Origin: an uncultured Pelagibacteraceae bacterium
GTDB lineage: Bacteria > Pseudomonadota > Alphaproteobacteria > Pelagibacterales > AG-422-B15
Direction: 5' to 3'
Assembly: GCA_902617525.1 (NCBI GenBank)
Contig: CACMWW010000002.1
Coordinates: forward strand, 59,425-123,424
DNA: 64,000 nt
In this document: piece after piece, positions 31,772 to 41,946 of the stretch
Position numbering within the stretch: the stretch's first letter is position 1
Layout of the letters: each line of letters begins with the position of its first letter
Notes under the pieces: generated by a model
Databases searched by the model: none
What the model was told of the DNA's origin: nothing
What the model saw: only the letters and a program-made list of their open reading frames with translations
Position numbers and translations under genes: made by a program

Positions 31772-33076
31772 ATGATAAAAAAAATATTACCAACGAGTCT
31801 ATTAGGTAGAACAGTGCTAATTGTTTTATTTCCAATCGTTATGTTTCAGTTAATAATTCTATCCTATTACTATAATAGCTTGTGGGAACGTACACTCAAC
31901 CGCCTATCAAGATCTGTTGCTATGGAAATAGAATTAATTTCTGACAGAATGCTTTCAAGTGAAATAAGGTTAGATCAAAATCAAGCAAATAATCAATTTG
32001 GAGATTACTTTCTAATGAATATTAAAGAACTGAGCAAATATGATTTGGAAAAACTAAATGCCAAACAAAACAATAATCAAGTACTTGTAAGTTTAAAAAA
32101 TGAGCTGAATACACGTATTAACCATGAATTTTTTGTTATTGAACAAAATAACGAGACAGTCGATGTTATTTTAAGCACTTCAGAAAAAGCAATACATTTT
32201 AATTTCCCAATTCAACGAATAACAACTTCAAGAAACCATATATTTTTAGGATGGCAAATCATTTCTTCATTTATACTTGTTTTGATAGCGTATTTATTTT
32301 TGAAAAATCAAGTTAAACCAATTTCGAATTTAGCTAAGGCAGCGGAACAATTTGGCAAAGGACAAGAAGTTAAGAATTTCAAAGTATCAGGTGCTTTAGA
32401 AGTAAGACAGGCAAGTTTGGAATTTTTAAAAATGAAAAATCGAATATCAAGACAAATTGAACAACGATCTCTTATGTTGGCGGGAGTGAGTCACGACTTA
32501 AAAACTCCGCTTACGAGAATGAAGTTACTACTTGAATCAATTAAAGATAATGAAATTAAAAACGAACTTAATTTAGAAATTAATCAGATGAATGAAATGC
32601 TAGTAGAATATTTAGATTTTGCAGCTATAAATGAGTCAAAAGATAAATCAACAATTAATCCTATTGAGGCAATAATAAATATTAAGAATGATATACATTT
32701 TACAAAACATGAAATTAACCTTGAAATCATTAATGATGAAGAAGTTTTTGTAAATGAGAATATTTTTTCTCGTTCAATTACAAATGTATTAAATAATGCG
32801 ATTGTACAATCAGACAAAATAATAATTAAAGCAGATATAAACAAAAACCTGATTAAAATAAATATTCATGACAATGGAATTGGTATTCCTGATAGTGAAA
32901 AAGATAATGTATTTAAACCTTTCTATAGAGTAGACCAAAGTAGAAATCAGAATGTCTCAAACTCTGGATTAGGTTTAGCTACTACTAAATCCTTATTAAA
33001 TTCAATAAATGGAAAAATATCACTGCACGACAGTTATTTAGGAGGTTTAGAGGTTGCGATTGAAATACCAAATTAA
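31772..33076 (+). CDS. EnvZ-like sensor histidine kinase
   Basis: 2 TM, HAMP, SHDLKTPL, N box, DNGIG, GLGL. Confidence 0.93.
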   Translation: MIKKILPTSLLGRTVLIVLFPIVMFQLIILSYYYNSLWERTLNRLSRSVAMEIELISDRMLSSEIRLDQNQANNQFGDYFLMNIKELSKYDLEKLNAKQNNNQVLVSLKNELNTRINHEFFVIEQNNETVDVILSTSEKAIHFNFPIQRITTSRNHIFLGWQIISSFILVLIAYLFLKNQVKPISNLAKAAEQFGKGQEVKNFKVSGALEVRQASLEFLKMKNRISRQIEQRSLMLAGVSHDLKTPLTRMKLLLESIKDNEIKNELNLEINQMNEMLVEYLDFAAINESKDKSTINPIEAIINIKNDIHFTKHEINLEIINDEEVFVNENIFSRSITNVLNNAIVQSDKIIIKADINKNLIKINIHDNGIGIPDSEKDNVFKPFYRVDQSRNQNVSNSGLGLATTKSLLNSINGKISLHDSYLGGLEVAIEIPN

Positions 33077-33924
33077 GAAATTTTACTCAATTCTTTAGAT
33101 CTTTTTGTTGCTTTGTTGACAGCTCTTGTAAGAAGACTTTTTAATCCTTTATTGGAAGCAAGAATACTCAGCGCTGCTTCAGTGGTGCCTCCCTTACTTG
33201 TCACCTTTTTCTGCAAATCAGTAGGCTTTTTTTGCTCACTTAATAAAAGTAATATCGATCCTAAGAAAGTCTGTAAAACCATACTGTCCGAATTTTTAAA
33301 CCCCGATTTATTAGCTATCTCAATGAGAGAATTTATAAAAAGATATATGTATGCTGGACCACTTCCAAAAATTGCAGTGAAATCATCAATTAAATCTTCT
33401 TTTTTGGTTTCGCTGACTTGCCCCAATAAGGACATGAAATCAAAAATAGGTTTCTTTTGTTTTGTTTTTATTTTTCTCTCAAAATATACAATTGTGGTAC
33501 CCATATTAACAGATACAGGAGTATTCGTCATAGCTCTTACAATACCTGATGTTTTTTTGAAGACTTTATTTAAATCTTTTATTTTTTTACCAGCAACTAC
33601 GGAAACTATAATTGAATTACCAAGTCTATTATCTTTATCTAATCCATTCAGTGTTTTTAATTGATTAGGCTTAACAGCAATAAGTGTGATTGTAGGTTGA
33701 TAAAGATTATTAATTTTATCTATACTATTTTTTATTTCAAAATTATTTGATCTTTTTAATTTTTTCAATTCGCTTGATTGATTCTTTTCAATAACCACGA
33801 TTTTTTTTGAGGAAATTCTGTTGTTAAATAATGACTTGATCACAGCCATTCCCATATTGCCAGCACCAATTATTAAAAATTTTTCTTTATTTAAACTACT
33901 TGCAGCGTTTTTTTTCTTTGGCAT
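33073..33924 (-). CDS. proC: Pyrroline-5-carboxylate reductase
   Basis: GAGNMG, AVKP, GSGPAY, VTSKGGTT. Confidence 0.95.
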   Translation of the reverse strand: MPKKKNAASSLNKEKFLIIGAGNMGMAVIKSLFNNRISSKKIVVIEKNQSSELKKLKRSNNFEIKNSIDKINNLYQPTITLIAVKPNQLKTLNGLDKDNRLGNSIIVSVVAGKKIKDLNKVFKKTSGIVRAMTNTPVSVNMGTTIVYFERKIKTKQKKPIFDFMSLLGQVSETKKEDLIDDFTAIFGSGPAYIYLFINSLIEIANKSGFKNSDSMVLQTFLGSILLLLSEQKKPTDLQKKVTSKGGTTEAALSILASNKGLKSLLTRAVNKATKRSKELSKIS

Positions 33925-34045
33925 TATTTCTATCTTTTTTAAACTTTTTTATTGTTTTGTATTCATCATTGATCGCCTGCGAAAGCTCAAAGCCTTTTGT
34001 AACAAAGTTAACAAATTTATTAATTAAAACTTTCCTTGTGATCAT
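33896..34045 (-). CDS. 49-aa ORF, possible minimal UbiK/BMFP-family protein
   Basis: Manual translation MITRKVLINKFVNFVTKGFELSQAINDEYKTIKKFKKDRNNAKEKKRCK*; divergent from lgt, the usual alphaproteobacterial slot of ubiK/BMFP. Confidence 0.45.
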   Translation of the reverse strand: MITRKVLINKFVNFVTKGFELSQAINDEYKTIKKFKKDRNNAKEKKRCK

Positions 34046-34086
34046 AATTAGTGATAAATATATTTTAAATATAATTCAAAATTAAC

Positions 34087-34899
34087 GTGATTTATCTTAG
34101 TTTTCCATCTATTAGTCCAGTTTTTTTTTCAATTGGTCCTCTTGATATCCGTTGGTACTCACTTGCGTATATTGTTGGATTTATATTTGCTTGGAGATAC
34201 ATTAAATATCTTGCTTCAAATAAAGCAGTTTCTCATAGTAATAGCATCAATGAAAAACTAATAGATGATCTGATTTTTTATTCAATAATTGGATTAATTA
34301 TAGGAGCACGGTTGGGCTATGTGATTTTCTATAATTATGATTATTACTCTGAAAATCTAATTGAGATATTATATCTATGGCAAGGAGGTTTATCCTTTCA
34401 CGGAGGTTTGCTTGGTATTGTTACAGCCGCCATAATAATTTCAAAGCTCTATAAAACTACTTTCTTTGAAATAAGTGATTTGATATGTGTATCAGCTCCT
34501 GTTGGAATATTTTTTGGCAGAATATCAAATTTTATTAATGGCGAATTATTTGGTAGACCTGCAAATTTTCTTATTGGAATGAAATTTCCAAACGCTGACA
34601 ACCAGTATCGTCATCCAAGTCAATTGTATGAAGCTTTTTTAGAAGGACTTTTATTATTTATAATTTTAAATTTTTTAATTTTTAAATTTAAAAAACTTAA
34701 AAACCCTGGAATAATTTCAGGTGTCTTTCTGATGCTTTATGGATTTTTTCGATTTACCGTTGAATTTACACGCGAGCCCGATATTCAATTAGGATTTGTA
34801 TATTATTTTCTTACAATGGGCATGATATTATCTTTACCAATGTTTCTTGCTGGAATTTTAATTTTAGTAATTAAAAGCATTAAAAATGATACAAGATAA
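34087..34899 (+). CDS. lgt: Prolipoprotein diacylglyceryl transferase
   Basis: RWYSLAY, GARLGY, GGLSFHGG, GRISNFINGEL, HPSQLYE. Confidence 0.97.
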   Translation: MIYLSFPSISPVFFSIGPLDIRWYSLAYIVGFIFAWRYIKYLASNKAVSHSNSINEKLIDDLIFYSIIGLIIGARLGYVIFYNYDYYSENLIEILYLWQGGLSFHGGLLGIVTAAIIISKLYKTTFFEISDLICVSAPVGIFFGRISNFINGELFGRPANFLIGMKFPNADNQYRHPSQLYEAFLEGLLLFIILNFLIFKFKKLKNPGIISGVFLMLYGFFRFTVEFTREPDIQLGFVYYFLTMGMILSLPMFLAGILILVIKSIKNDTR

Positions 34900-35914
34900 A
34901 ATTTACGATGCTTTAAAAGAAAGTACATTTCTCTATTTAGATGACTTTATGAATATTTCATTAAGAGATGAAGAGCATGGATACTATACGTCTAACAAAG
35001 CTATAGGCAAAGATGGAGATTTTGTTACTGCACCTGAAATATCTCAAATGTTTGGTGAAATAATTGCTGTAAAAATATTAAACCTCATTCATGCAAGAAA
35101 GATAAAAAAGTTTAATTTAATTGAACTTGGACCAGGAAGAGGCGCTCTGATAAACGATATCACTAGAGTACTCAATGCTTTATTAGATGAAGAAATCGAG
35201 TATACAATTCACTTTAACGAAATTAATAAATTCTATATTCAAAATCTAAAAAATACCTATCCTAATTGTAAGATACATAAAAATTTCAATTCATATCCCA
35301 ATGAATTTTCAATAATAATTGCAAATGAGTTTTTTGATGCGATACCTACGCGCCAATTAGTGAGTAGGAACGGAAATATTTATGAAACAGTTATTAAATT
35401 GGATCAAAAGGATTGTCTAAGATTTGACTTTATTAAGCCAAGACCAGATATTTCTAAATTTGTAAAAAATATGCAAGATCTTAAACATCTCGAGGTAATT
35501 GAATTTTCTCCTGAGACTAATTTAATCTTTCGGGAATTGATCAATTTCCTGCTTATGAATAATGGTTTTTTCTTACTAATTGATTACGGATATATTAATC
35601 TACCTAAGATAAGCACGCTTCAGTCGATTAAATCAAATAAAAAAACCAATTTTCTTGATAATCCAGGTAATCAAGATATCACATATCATGTAGACTTTAA
35701 TAACCTGCAAAATATTTTAGAAGAAAATAAAATTGATGACTTTACAATAAATACTCAATCTAATTTCCTTCGGCAAAATGGAATTTTTGATCGAGCTAAT
35801 ATCTTAATTAAGAAAAACCCAAAGAAAGAAAAGCAAATAAACGAACAGTTGGCAATACTTACCAAAAGAGAATATATGGGAAATTTATTTAAAGTTTTGG
35901 AAATTAATATTTAA
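34886..35914 (+). CDS. SAM-dependent methyltransferase MidA/NDUFAF7 family
   Basis: GDFVTAPEISQMFGE, ELGPGRG, ANEFFDA, DITYHVDF. Confidence 0.93.
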   Translation: MIQDKIYDALKESTFLYLDDFMNISLRDEEHGYYTSNKAIGKDGDFVTAPEISQMFGEIIAVKILNLIHARKIKKFNLIELGPGRGALINDITRVLNALLDEEIEYTIHFNEINKFYIQNLKNTYPNCKIHKNFNSYPNEFSIIIANEFFDAIPTRQLVSRNGNIYETVIKLDQKDCLRFDFIKPRPDISKFVKNMQDLKHLEVIEFSPETNLIFRELINFLLMNNGFFLLIDYGYINLPKISTLQSIKSNKKTNFLDNPGNQDITYHVDFNNLQNILEENKIDDFTINTQSNFLRQNGIFDRANILIKKNPKKEKQINEQLAILTKREYMGNLFKVLEINI

Positions 35915-36669
35915 TGTTTTTTACAAAAAATCTCTCAAATATAGATCATTGTTTCTTTTCAAGATTGGGTGGTGTTTCGAAAGGAAGATATAAATCATTA
36001 AATTGTGGAAAAGGATCAAAAGATGAGAATTGTGCTATTGAAGAAAATTTAGTCACTATTTCTAGATATTATGGTTTAAAAAAGTCTGATATTATTACTA
36101 TGCATCAAACACACTCTTCTAATGCAATAGTTTTAGATAGCAGCAATAAGTCTGAAATTTTAAAATGTGACGGGATTGTAACTAAAGAAAATAATAAAAT
36201 CTTATCAGTATTAACGGCTGATTGTGCTCCATTATTATTTTATGAAGTGAAGAATGAAATAATAGGAGCTTGTCATGCAGGCTGGAAAGGTGCCTTGAAT
36301 GGCATAATCCAAAATACAATTTTACAAATAACCAAACTGGGCGGAAAGAGAGATAATATACGCTGCAGTATTGGCCCATGTATAAGACAAAAATCCTATG
36401 AGGTAAGATTACCTTTTTACAAAAACTTCATTAAACAAGATCAAGATAATGCAAGATTTTTTAAAAAAAATCATAATAATAGATATCTGTTTTCGCTTAC
36501 TGAATTCATTCTCAAGATACTTTCTGATGAGCAAATTACTAACCAAGAGATTGTTGATGTCGATACTTTCAGCGAAGAAACATTATGTTTTAGCTATCGG
36601 AGAAATTATAAAAAAAATATAACCGATTATGGTAGAATGATTTCAACAATTGTTATAAAAGACAGATAA
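35914..36669 (+). CDS. pgeF: YfiH/PgeF family purine nucleoside/peptidoglycan editing factor
   Basis: QTHS, TADCAP, HAGWKG, GPCI, FSYRR. Confidence 0.93.
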   Translation: MFFTKNLSNIDHCFFSRLGGVSKGRYKSLNCGKGSKDENCAIEENLVTISRYYGLKKSDIITMHQTHSSNAIVLDSSNKSEILKCDGIVTKENNKILSVLTADCAPLLFYEVKNEIIGACHAGWKGALNGIIQNTILQITKLGGKRDNIRCSIGPCIRQKSYEVRLPFYKNFIKQDQDNARFFKKNHNNRYLFSLTEFILKILSDEQITNQEIVDVDTFSEETLCFSYRRNYKKNITDYGRMISTIVIKDR

Positions 36670-36672
36670 ATT

Positions 36673-37608
36673 ATGAGAATTATTGCAGGAAACAGCAATT
36701 TACCTTTATCTAAGAGCGTCGCAGAATATCTTGGCGAAAACCTTACAAATGCTTCTATTACAAGATTTGCTGATGATGAGGTTTATGTAGAAATTAAAGA
36801 AAACATTCGTGGTGAGGATGTATTCGTAATGGAGTCTCTATCTTACCCAGCGAATGACAATATAATGGAACTACTAGTGATGATAGATGCACTTAAAAGA
36901 GCTTCAGCTAAAAGGATTACTGCTGTGATACCTTATTATGGATATGCACGTCAAGATAGAAAACCAGGGCCAAGAACCCCTATCTCCGCAAAATTAGTTG
37001 CAAATTTAATAACAACTGCTGGAGCAGACAGAGTACTTACTTTAGATCTTCATGCTGAACAGATACAGGGATTTTTTGATATACCAACAGATAATTTATT
37101 TGCAGGTCCAGTATTTTCAAAAGACATAAAAGAAAAATATGAAATTAGTAATCTAGTTGCAGTTTCTCCTGATATTGGTGGAGTTGTGAGGGCGAGAGCG
37201 ATTGCAAATAAGATCGGAGCCTCAATTGCTATTGTTGATAAAAGAAGACCCAGAGCAGGTGAAAGTGAAGTAATGAATATCATTGGAGACGTAAAAGGAA
37301 AAGATTGTATTATTCTAGATGATATCATCGACTCAGCGGGAACAATTTGTAATGCAGCTGACAAAATCATAGATTTAGGAGCTAACAGTATCACTTCTTA
37401 TGTTACGCACGGAGTATTAACAGGTAAGGCCTTAGAAAAAATTAGTGCATCAAAATTGACTGAATTAGTAATTACAGATTCAATCAATAATCAGGAAAAA
37501 CTAAAAGCTTGTGAGAAAATTAGGTCGATTAGTATCTCAGATTTATTGGGTGAGGCAATTAAGAGGATATCCGAGGCGAGCTCAGTATCAAGTCTATTTG
37601 AATTTTAA
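36673..37608 (+). CDS. prs: Ribose-phosphate pyrophosphokinase
   Basis: [28 protein letters not shown]. Confidence 0.98.
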   Translation: MRIIAGNSNLPLSKSVAEYLGENLTNASITRFADDEVYVEIKENIRGEDVFVMESLSYPANDNIMELLVMIDALKRASAKRITAVIPYYGYARQDRKPGPRTPISAKLVANLITTAGADRVLTLDLHAEQIQGFFDIPTDNLFAGPVFSKDIKEKYEISNLVAVSPDIGGVVRARAIANKIGASIAIVDKRRPRAGESEVMNIIGDVKGKDCIILDDIIDSAGTICNAADKIIDLGANSITSYVTHGVLTGKALEKISASKLTELVITDSINNQEKLKACEKIRSISISDLLGEAIKRISEASSVSSLFEF

Positions 37609-37659
37609 TTTATATACTTGCCATATAGGTAATTTTAATTTAATACCAACCTCATCGTT

Positions 37660-38358
37660 ATGAGCAAAGAAAGTAATTTAAACGCTGAAATCAGGGATGG
37701 ATCTGGTAAATCCGCTGTAAAAAAAGTACTAGCTGCAGGTAAGATTCCTTCGGTTATGTATGGTTTAGGTGAAAACCCTGTAAATATTTCATTAGATAAG
37801 ATTACAGTTCAAAAAGAGATCAATTCTGGTGGTTTCCTAACTAGAATATTTTCACTTAATATTGATGGAAAGAAAAGCTTAGCAATTCCAAGAGAGGTTC
37901 AATTTGATCCACTTTCTGATCAACCTATACACATCGATTTTTTAAGACTAGCTGCAGATTCAAAAATTACTCTAGACATTCCTACTAGGTTTATAAATGA
38001 AGAGTTATCACCTGGATTAAAACGAGGCGGTGTTCTAAATGTTAATAGACGTACTGTTCAACTAAGTTGCCCTGCTAATAATATACCTGAAGAGATAGTT
38101 TTCGACCTAGAGGGTTTAGAAATAGGTGACACAATCAGAATTTCTGCTGCAAATTTAAGTGACGGAATTTCTCCAACAATTAGTGATAGAGATTTCACTG
38201 TAGCATCTGTTGCTGCACCTACTGTTGTAAAAGAACCTGAAGCTCCTGCAGAAGGTGAGGCTGCTGAAGGTGAAGCTACTGAGGGTGCTGCTACTGAAGA
38301 TAAAAAAGATGCAGCTCCTGAGGCTGATAACAAAGAAGAAAACAAAGATAAAGAATAA
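37660..38358 (+). CDS. rplY: 50S ribosomal protein L25/Ctc
   Basis: IPSVMYG, HIDF, SPGLKRGGVL; acidic tail; between prs and pth. Confidence 0.96.
   Translation: MSKESNLNAEIRDGSGKSAVKKVLAAGKIPSVMYGLGENPVNISLDKITVQKEINSGGFLTRIFSLNIDGKKSLAIPREVQFDPLSDQPIHIDFLRLAADSKITLDIPTRFINEELSPGLKRGGVLNVNRRTVQLSCPANNIPEEIVFDLEGLEIGDTIRISAANLSDGISPTISDRDFTVASVAAPTVVKEPEAPAEGEAAEGEATEGAATEDKKDAAPEADNKEENKDKE
38248..38298 (+). repeat. Degenerate 15-bp tandem repeat (x3+) in rplY tail
   Basis: GCAGAAGGTGAGGCT GCTGAAGGTGAAGCT ACTGAGGGTGCTGCT ACTGAA encoding (A/T)EG(E/A)A. Confidence 0.7.
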
Positions 38359-38403
38359 CACTTTTTCTTTTACCTATTTTGATATTTATATATCTTCAAT
38401 CAT

Positions 38404-38958
38404 ATGATTGCATTAATTGGCTTAGGGAATCCTGGCACAAAGCATAAAAATAATAGGCATAATGTGGGCTATTTATTTATTGATCAGCTTTTACAAGATC
38501 ATGATGATGCAATGAGAGAAAAGAAATTTGATGGGGAGTTGGCCTCGTTTCTTATTGGAAAGAAAAAAATATACACCTTTAAATCCAATGATTATATGAA
38601 TGAGTGTGGTAAAAGTATTGCGACTTTTTTAGACTTTTTCAAAATTAAATCAAATTTAACTTATGTTATTCATGATGATCTAGATATCACTTTAGGAAAA
38701 ATAAAAATCAAGTTAGGGGGTTCTTCCGCAGGTCATAATGGGCTCAAATCAATAGATAGTAAAATTGGAAAAAATTATAATAGAATAAGAATAGGTATAA
38801 ATCATCCAGGCAATAAAGAAATGGTTAATAAACATGTATTAAGTAATTTTAAAAAAAGTGAGTTAGAAGTTATTAATGAATTAAATATAAAAATGTCTAA
38901 AAATATAAAAATATTATTGGATGGAGAAAAATCCAAATTTATTAATAATCTAAAATAA
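38404..38958 (+). CDS. pth: Peptidyl-tRNA hydrolase
   Basis: GLGNPG, RHNVG, YMN, HDDLD, GHNGLKSI. Confidence 0.97.
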   Translation: MIALIGLGNPGTKHKNNRHNVGYLFIDQLLQDHDDAMREKKFDGELASFLIGKKKIYTFKSNDYMNECGKSIATFLDFFKIKSNLTYVIHDDLDITLGKIKIKLGGSSAGHNGLKSIDSKIGKNYNRIRIGINHPGNKEMVNKHVLSNFKKSELEVINELNIKMSKNIKILLDGEKSKFINNLK

Positions 38959-38964
38959 TCAATC

Positions 38965-40053
38965 ATGGGATTTAAGTGTGGAATTGTTGGATTGCCAAAT
39001 GTTGGAAAATCAACATTGTTCAATGCATTAACAAAGAAAATAGCCGCTGAAGCAGCAAACTACCCTTTTTGTACCATTGAACCAAATGAGGGTACTGTAA
39101 TAGTGCCTGATGCAAGAGTAGAAACTCTATCAAATTTAGCAAAATCAAAAAAAACAATACCGACATCTCTTAGTTTTTACGATATAGCGGGTTTAGTTAA
39201 AGGAGCTTCTAAAGGAGAGGGACTCGGAAATAAATTTTTATCTCATATTAGAGAAGTAGATGCAGTTATCCATGTGGTTCGCTGTTTTGAAGATACTAAT
39301 ATTACTCATGTAAACAATAAAATAGATCCTGTTGATGATATTGAAACGATAAATACTGAATTAGTTCTATCCGACATCGAACAACTCGAAAAAATAAATA
39401 AAGGACTAGAAAAAATAGTAAAAAAAGGCGACAAAGAAGCCAAATTAAAAACAGAGGCTTTGAACCTTCTACTTAAACACTTGGAATCAGGTCAGCCTGC
39501 TATTTTAATGAAGAATTTAAATGAAATCTTCGCGCATATAAAAGAGTTCAACTTAATAACAATCAAGCCAACAATTTACGTAGGTAATGTTGATGAAAAT
39601 TCAATAGTTGAAGGTAATGAACTAACTTTAAAAATTGAAAATTTTCTGAATTCTAAATTAATTAAGATATCAGCAGAAATTGAGTCACAAATCACGTCTT
39701 TAAATGAAGACGATCAAAAAGATTATCTTGAAAGTCTAGGATTAGATGAGTCTGGTTTGAATAAGGTTATAAAAGCTGGATATTCGACTCTTAACTTAAT
39801 TACTTATTTCACAGCTGGCGAACAGGAAACAAGGGCATGGACGATTGAAAATGGCACTACTGCACCAAAAGCAGCGGGAAAAATTCACACAGACTTTGAG
39901 AAAGGCTTCATTAGGGCTGAAACTATATCATATACAGATTATTTAGATTGTGAAGGAGAGTTAAAAGCTAAAGAACTTGGAAAGATGCGTAGCGAAGGTA
40001 AGGATTATGTAGTACAAGATGGTGACGTAATGCATTTTTTATTTAATAATTAA
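38965..40053 (+). CDS. ychF: Redox-regulated ATPase YchF
   Basis: GLPNVGKST, NYPFCTIEPN, DIAGLV, TGS domain. Confidence 0.98.
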   Translation: MGFKCGIVGLPNVGKSTLFNALTKKIAAEAANYPFCTIEPNEGTVIVPDARVETLSNLAKSKKTIPTSLSFYDIAGLVKGASKGEGLGNKFLSHIREVDAVIHVVRCFEDTNITHVNNKIDPVDDIETINTELVLSDIEQLEKINKGLEKIVKKGDKEAKLKTEALNLLLKHLESGQPAILMKNLNEIFAHIKEFNLITIKPTIYVGNVDENSIVEGNELTLKIENFLNSKLIKISAEIESQITSLNEDDQKDYLESLGLDESGLNKVIKAGYSTLNLITYFTAGEQETRAWTIENGTTAPKAAGKIHTDFEKGFIRAETISYTDYLDCEGELKAKELGKMRSEGKDYVVQDGDVMHFLFNN

Positions 40054-40055
40054 CC

Positions 40056-40502
40056 ATGGACCATAAACTAGAATTTCCTACATATGAGGAAATACATAAA
40101 AAAGCGGTTAAGCTTGCCCATCTCATAAAAGAAAAAAATATTAAATTTGATAAAATGGTTGTTGTCTCTCGAGGTGGATTTGTACCTGCTTCAGTTGTCG
40201 CTTACACTCTTGGAATTCAGGACGTAGATATTGTTTCCATACAAAGTTATATACATAGAGAGGCTGGAAAAGCAATTGTTCACAGAGCCCCAAAAACTGA
40301 TGAGGTTGTGCTCGTCATAGATGATATTGTTGATAAAGGTGGTACCGCTAAAGCGCTTAAGGAGTACATGCCTAATATGCACTTAGCGGTAATATATGCG
40401 AAACCAAGAGGTCTGCCTCTAGCTGATACGTATGTCGAGAAAATTACACAAGAAACTTGGCCTGTCTTCCCCTGGGATGAGGAAGACAAAGCCAATCATT
40501 AA
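40056..40502 (+). CDS. gpt: Xanthine/guanine phosphoribosyltransferase
   Basis: VSRGG, VIDDIVDKGGT PRPP loop, YAKP, W.VFPW. Confidence 0.85.
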   Translation: MDHKLEFPTYEEIHKKAVKLAHLIKEKNIKFDKMVVVSRGGFVPASVVAYTLGIQDVDIVSIQSYIHREAGKAIVHRAPKTDEVVLVIDDIVDKGGTAKALKEYMPNMHLAVIYAKPRGLPLADTYVEKITQETWPVFPWDEEDKANH

Positions 40503-40507
40503 CTAAA

Positions 40508-41797
40508 CTAGAAGATAAAGTATAGTACCGATAATACTCCAATTACTATCGAACCAGCATTCAGGTCCTCATGTCTACCACTTAGTGCTTTAATTACAAC
40601 ATAAGCTATAAAACCAAGTGCAATCCCATGAGCAATACTGAATGTAAGAGGCATCAAAACTGCCGCTAACACTGCTGGAGCATATTCACTGACATCATCC
40701 CATTCAATATCCCTTAGGTTTTTCAAAAAGAATGTTGCAACAAACACTAGAGCTGGAGCAGTCGCAAATGCAGGAATACTTTGAGCTAATGGTGCTAAAA
40801 ATAAACAGATTGCAAAAAGAACTGCCACAGCAACCGCTGTAAGTCCTGTTCGCCCACCTTCTTTAACACCTGCTCCAGATTCAATGTATGACGTAGTATT
40901 GGAAGTTCCAACTAATGCACCTATTGTTGTAGCGGTGGAGTCTGCTAAAACTGCTCTACCTATCCCATCAACGTTTCCGTCTTGGTCAACTTTACCAGTT
41001 AAATTAGCAACTGAAGTAAGAGTTCCGGCGGTATCGAAAAAGTCTACAAAAAGAAAAGCAAATGCGACACCAATAAAACCTGCAGTTGCTACAAGGCTAA
41101 AGTCCATTGAGAACGCATGAACAGCTGGTGGGACTGATCCCACAACTCCATCAATTGCACTCACACCGCTTACCCAAGCAATAATACTTACAGCAAGTAT
41201 ACCTATGATGATTGATCCTGGAACACCGCGCTTATCTAAAATTGCCATAATTGCGAATCCGACAGCAGCTAATATTACAGGCATTGAACTTACATCACCT
41301 AAACCAACTAAAGTTGCGGGATTATCAACAACCACACCAGCATTTTTTAATCCTATAATTGCTAAGAATAAGCCTATGCCCGCCCCTACGCCAAACTTCA
41401 TACTTTTTGGTATGCTATTTATTATCCACTGACGCGCTGGTGTTATAGATAAAATTAAAAATACTATCCCTGCAATAAACACTGCGGCAAGAGCCTGCTG
41501 GTAAGTATAACCCATCCCAAACACAACTCCAAAAGCAAAGAAAGCGTTTAATCCCATACCAGGCGCTAGGGCAATTGGCCAATTAGCCCATAGGCCCATT
41601 ATTAAACAGCCAACTACAGCAGCTATGATTGTGGCAACAAATACACCACCAAAATCCATACCAGTTCCCTCAGTAGATAAGATGGCTGGATTAACGACAA
41701 TAATATATGCCATTGTTAAGAACGTGGCTAAACCTGCCAGTAACTCAGTTTTTAAACTGGTACCGTTCTCTTTTAATTTAAAAATATTTTCTAACAT
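40508..41797 (-). CDS. NCS2/AzgA family purine permease
   Basis: TFLTMAYI..VNP, APGMGLNAFF, DFFDTAGTL, YIES.AG...GGRTG. Confidence 0.95.
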   Translation of the reverse strand: MLENIFKLKENGTSLKTELLAGLATFLTMAYIIVVNPAILSTEGTGMDFGGVFVATIIAAVVGCLIMGLWANWPIALAPGMGLNAFFAFGVVFGMGYTYQQALAAVFIAGIVFLILSITPARQWIINSIPKSMKFGVGAGIGLFLAIIGLKNAGVVVDNPATLVGLGDVSSMPVILAAVGFAIMAILDKRGVPGSIIIGILAVSIIAWVSGVSAIDGVVGSVPPAVHAFSMDFSLVATAGFIGVAFAFLFVDFFDTAGTLTSVANLTGKVDQDGNVDGIGRAVLADSTATTIGALVGTSNTTSYIESGAGVKEGGRTGLTAVAVAVLFAICLFLAPLAQSIPAFATAPALVFVATFFLKNLRDIEWDDVSEYAPAVLAAVLMPLTFSIAHGIALGFIAYVVIKALSGRHEDLNAGSIVIGVLSVLYFIF

Positions 41798-41946
41798 TCA
41801 ATTCCTCCGTTTAGTAAGAGTTTAATTTACATTACCAAAATAAAGTAATCGAGATTGATAAAATGTTTCTGTGGATAAGGATATTAATAATTTACTTAAA
41901 ATTGTTTTTTTAAATAATTGAAAATCAATTATTTTCAGAAAATAGA

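Noticed and set aside
33113-33664. 183-aa + strand ORF
   Set aside because: Antisense shadow of proC with no recognisable motifs
38248-38298. Tandem repeat in rplY as a contingency locus or CRISPR-like array
   Set aside because: In-frame degenerate low-complexity acidic tail, common in Ctc-type L25
41798-41946. Possible oriC or purine riboswitch upstream of the permease
   Set aside because: Only one DnaA box, no origin-linked genes nearby, and no purine-riboswitch core on the sense strand
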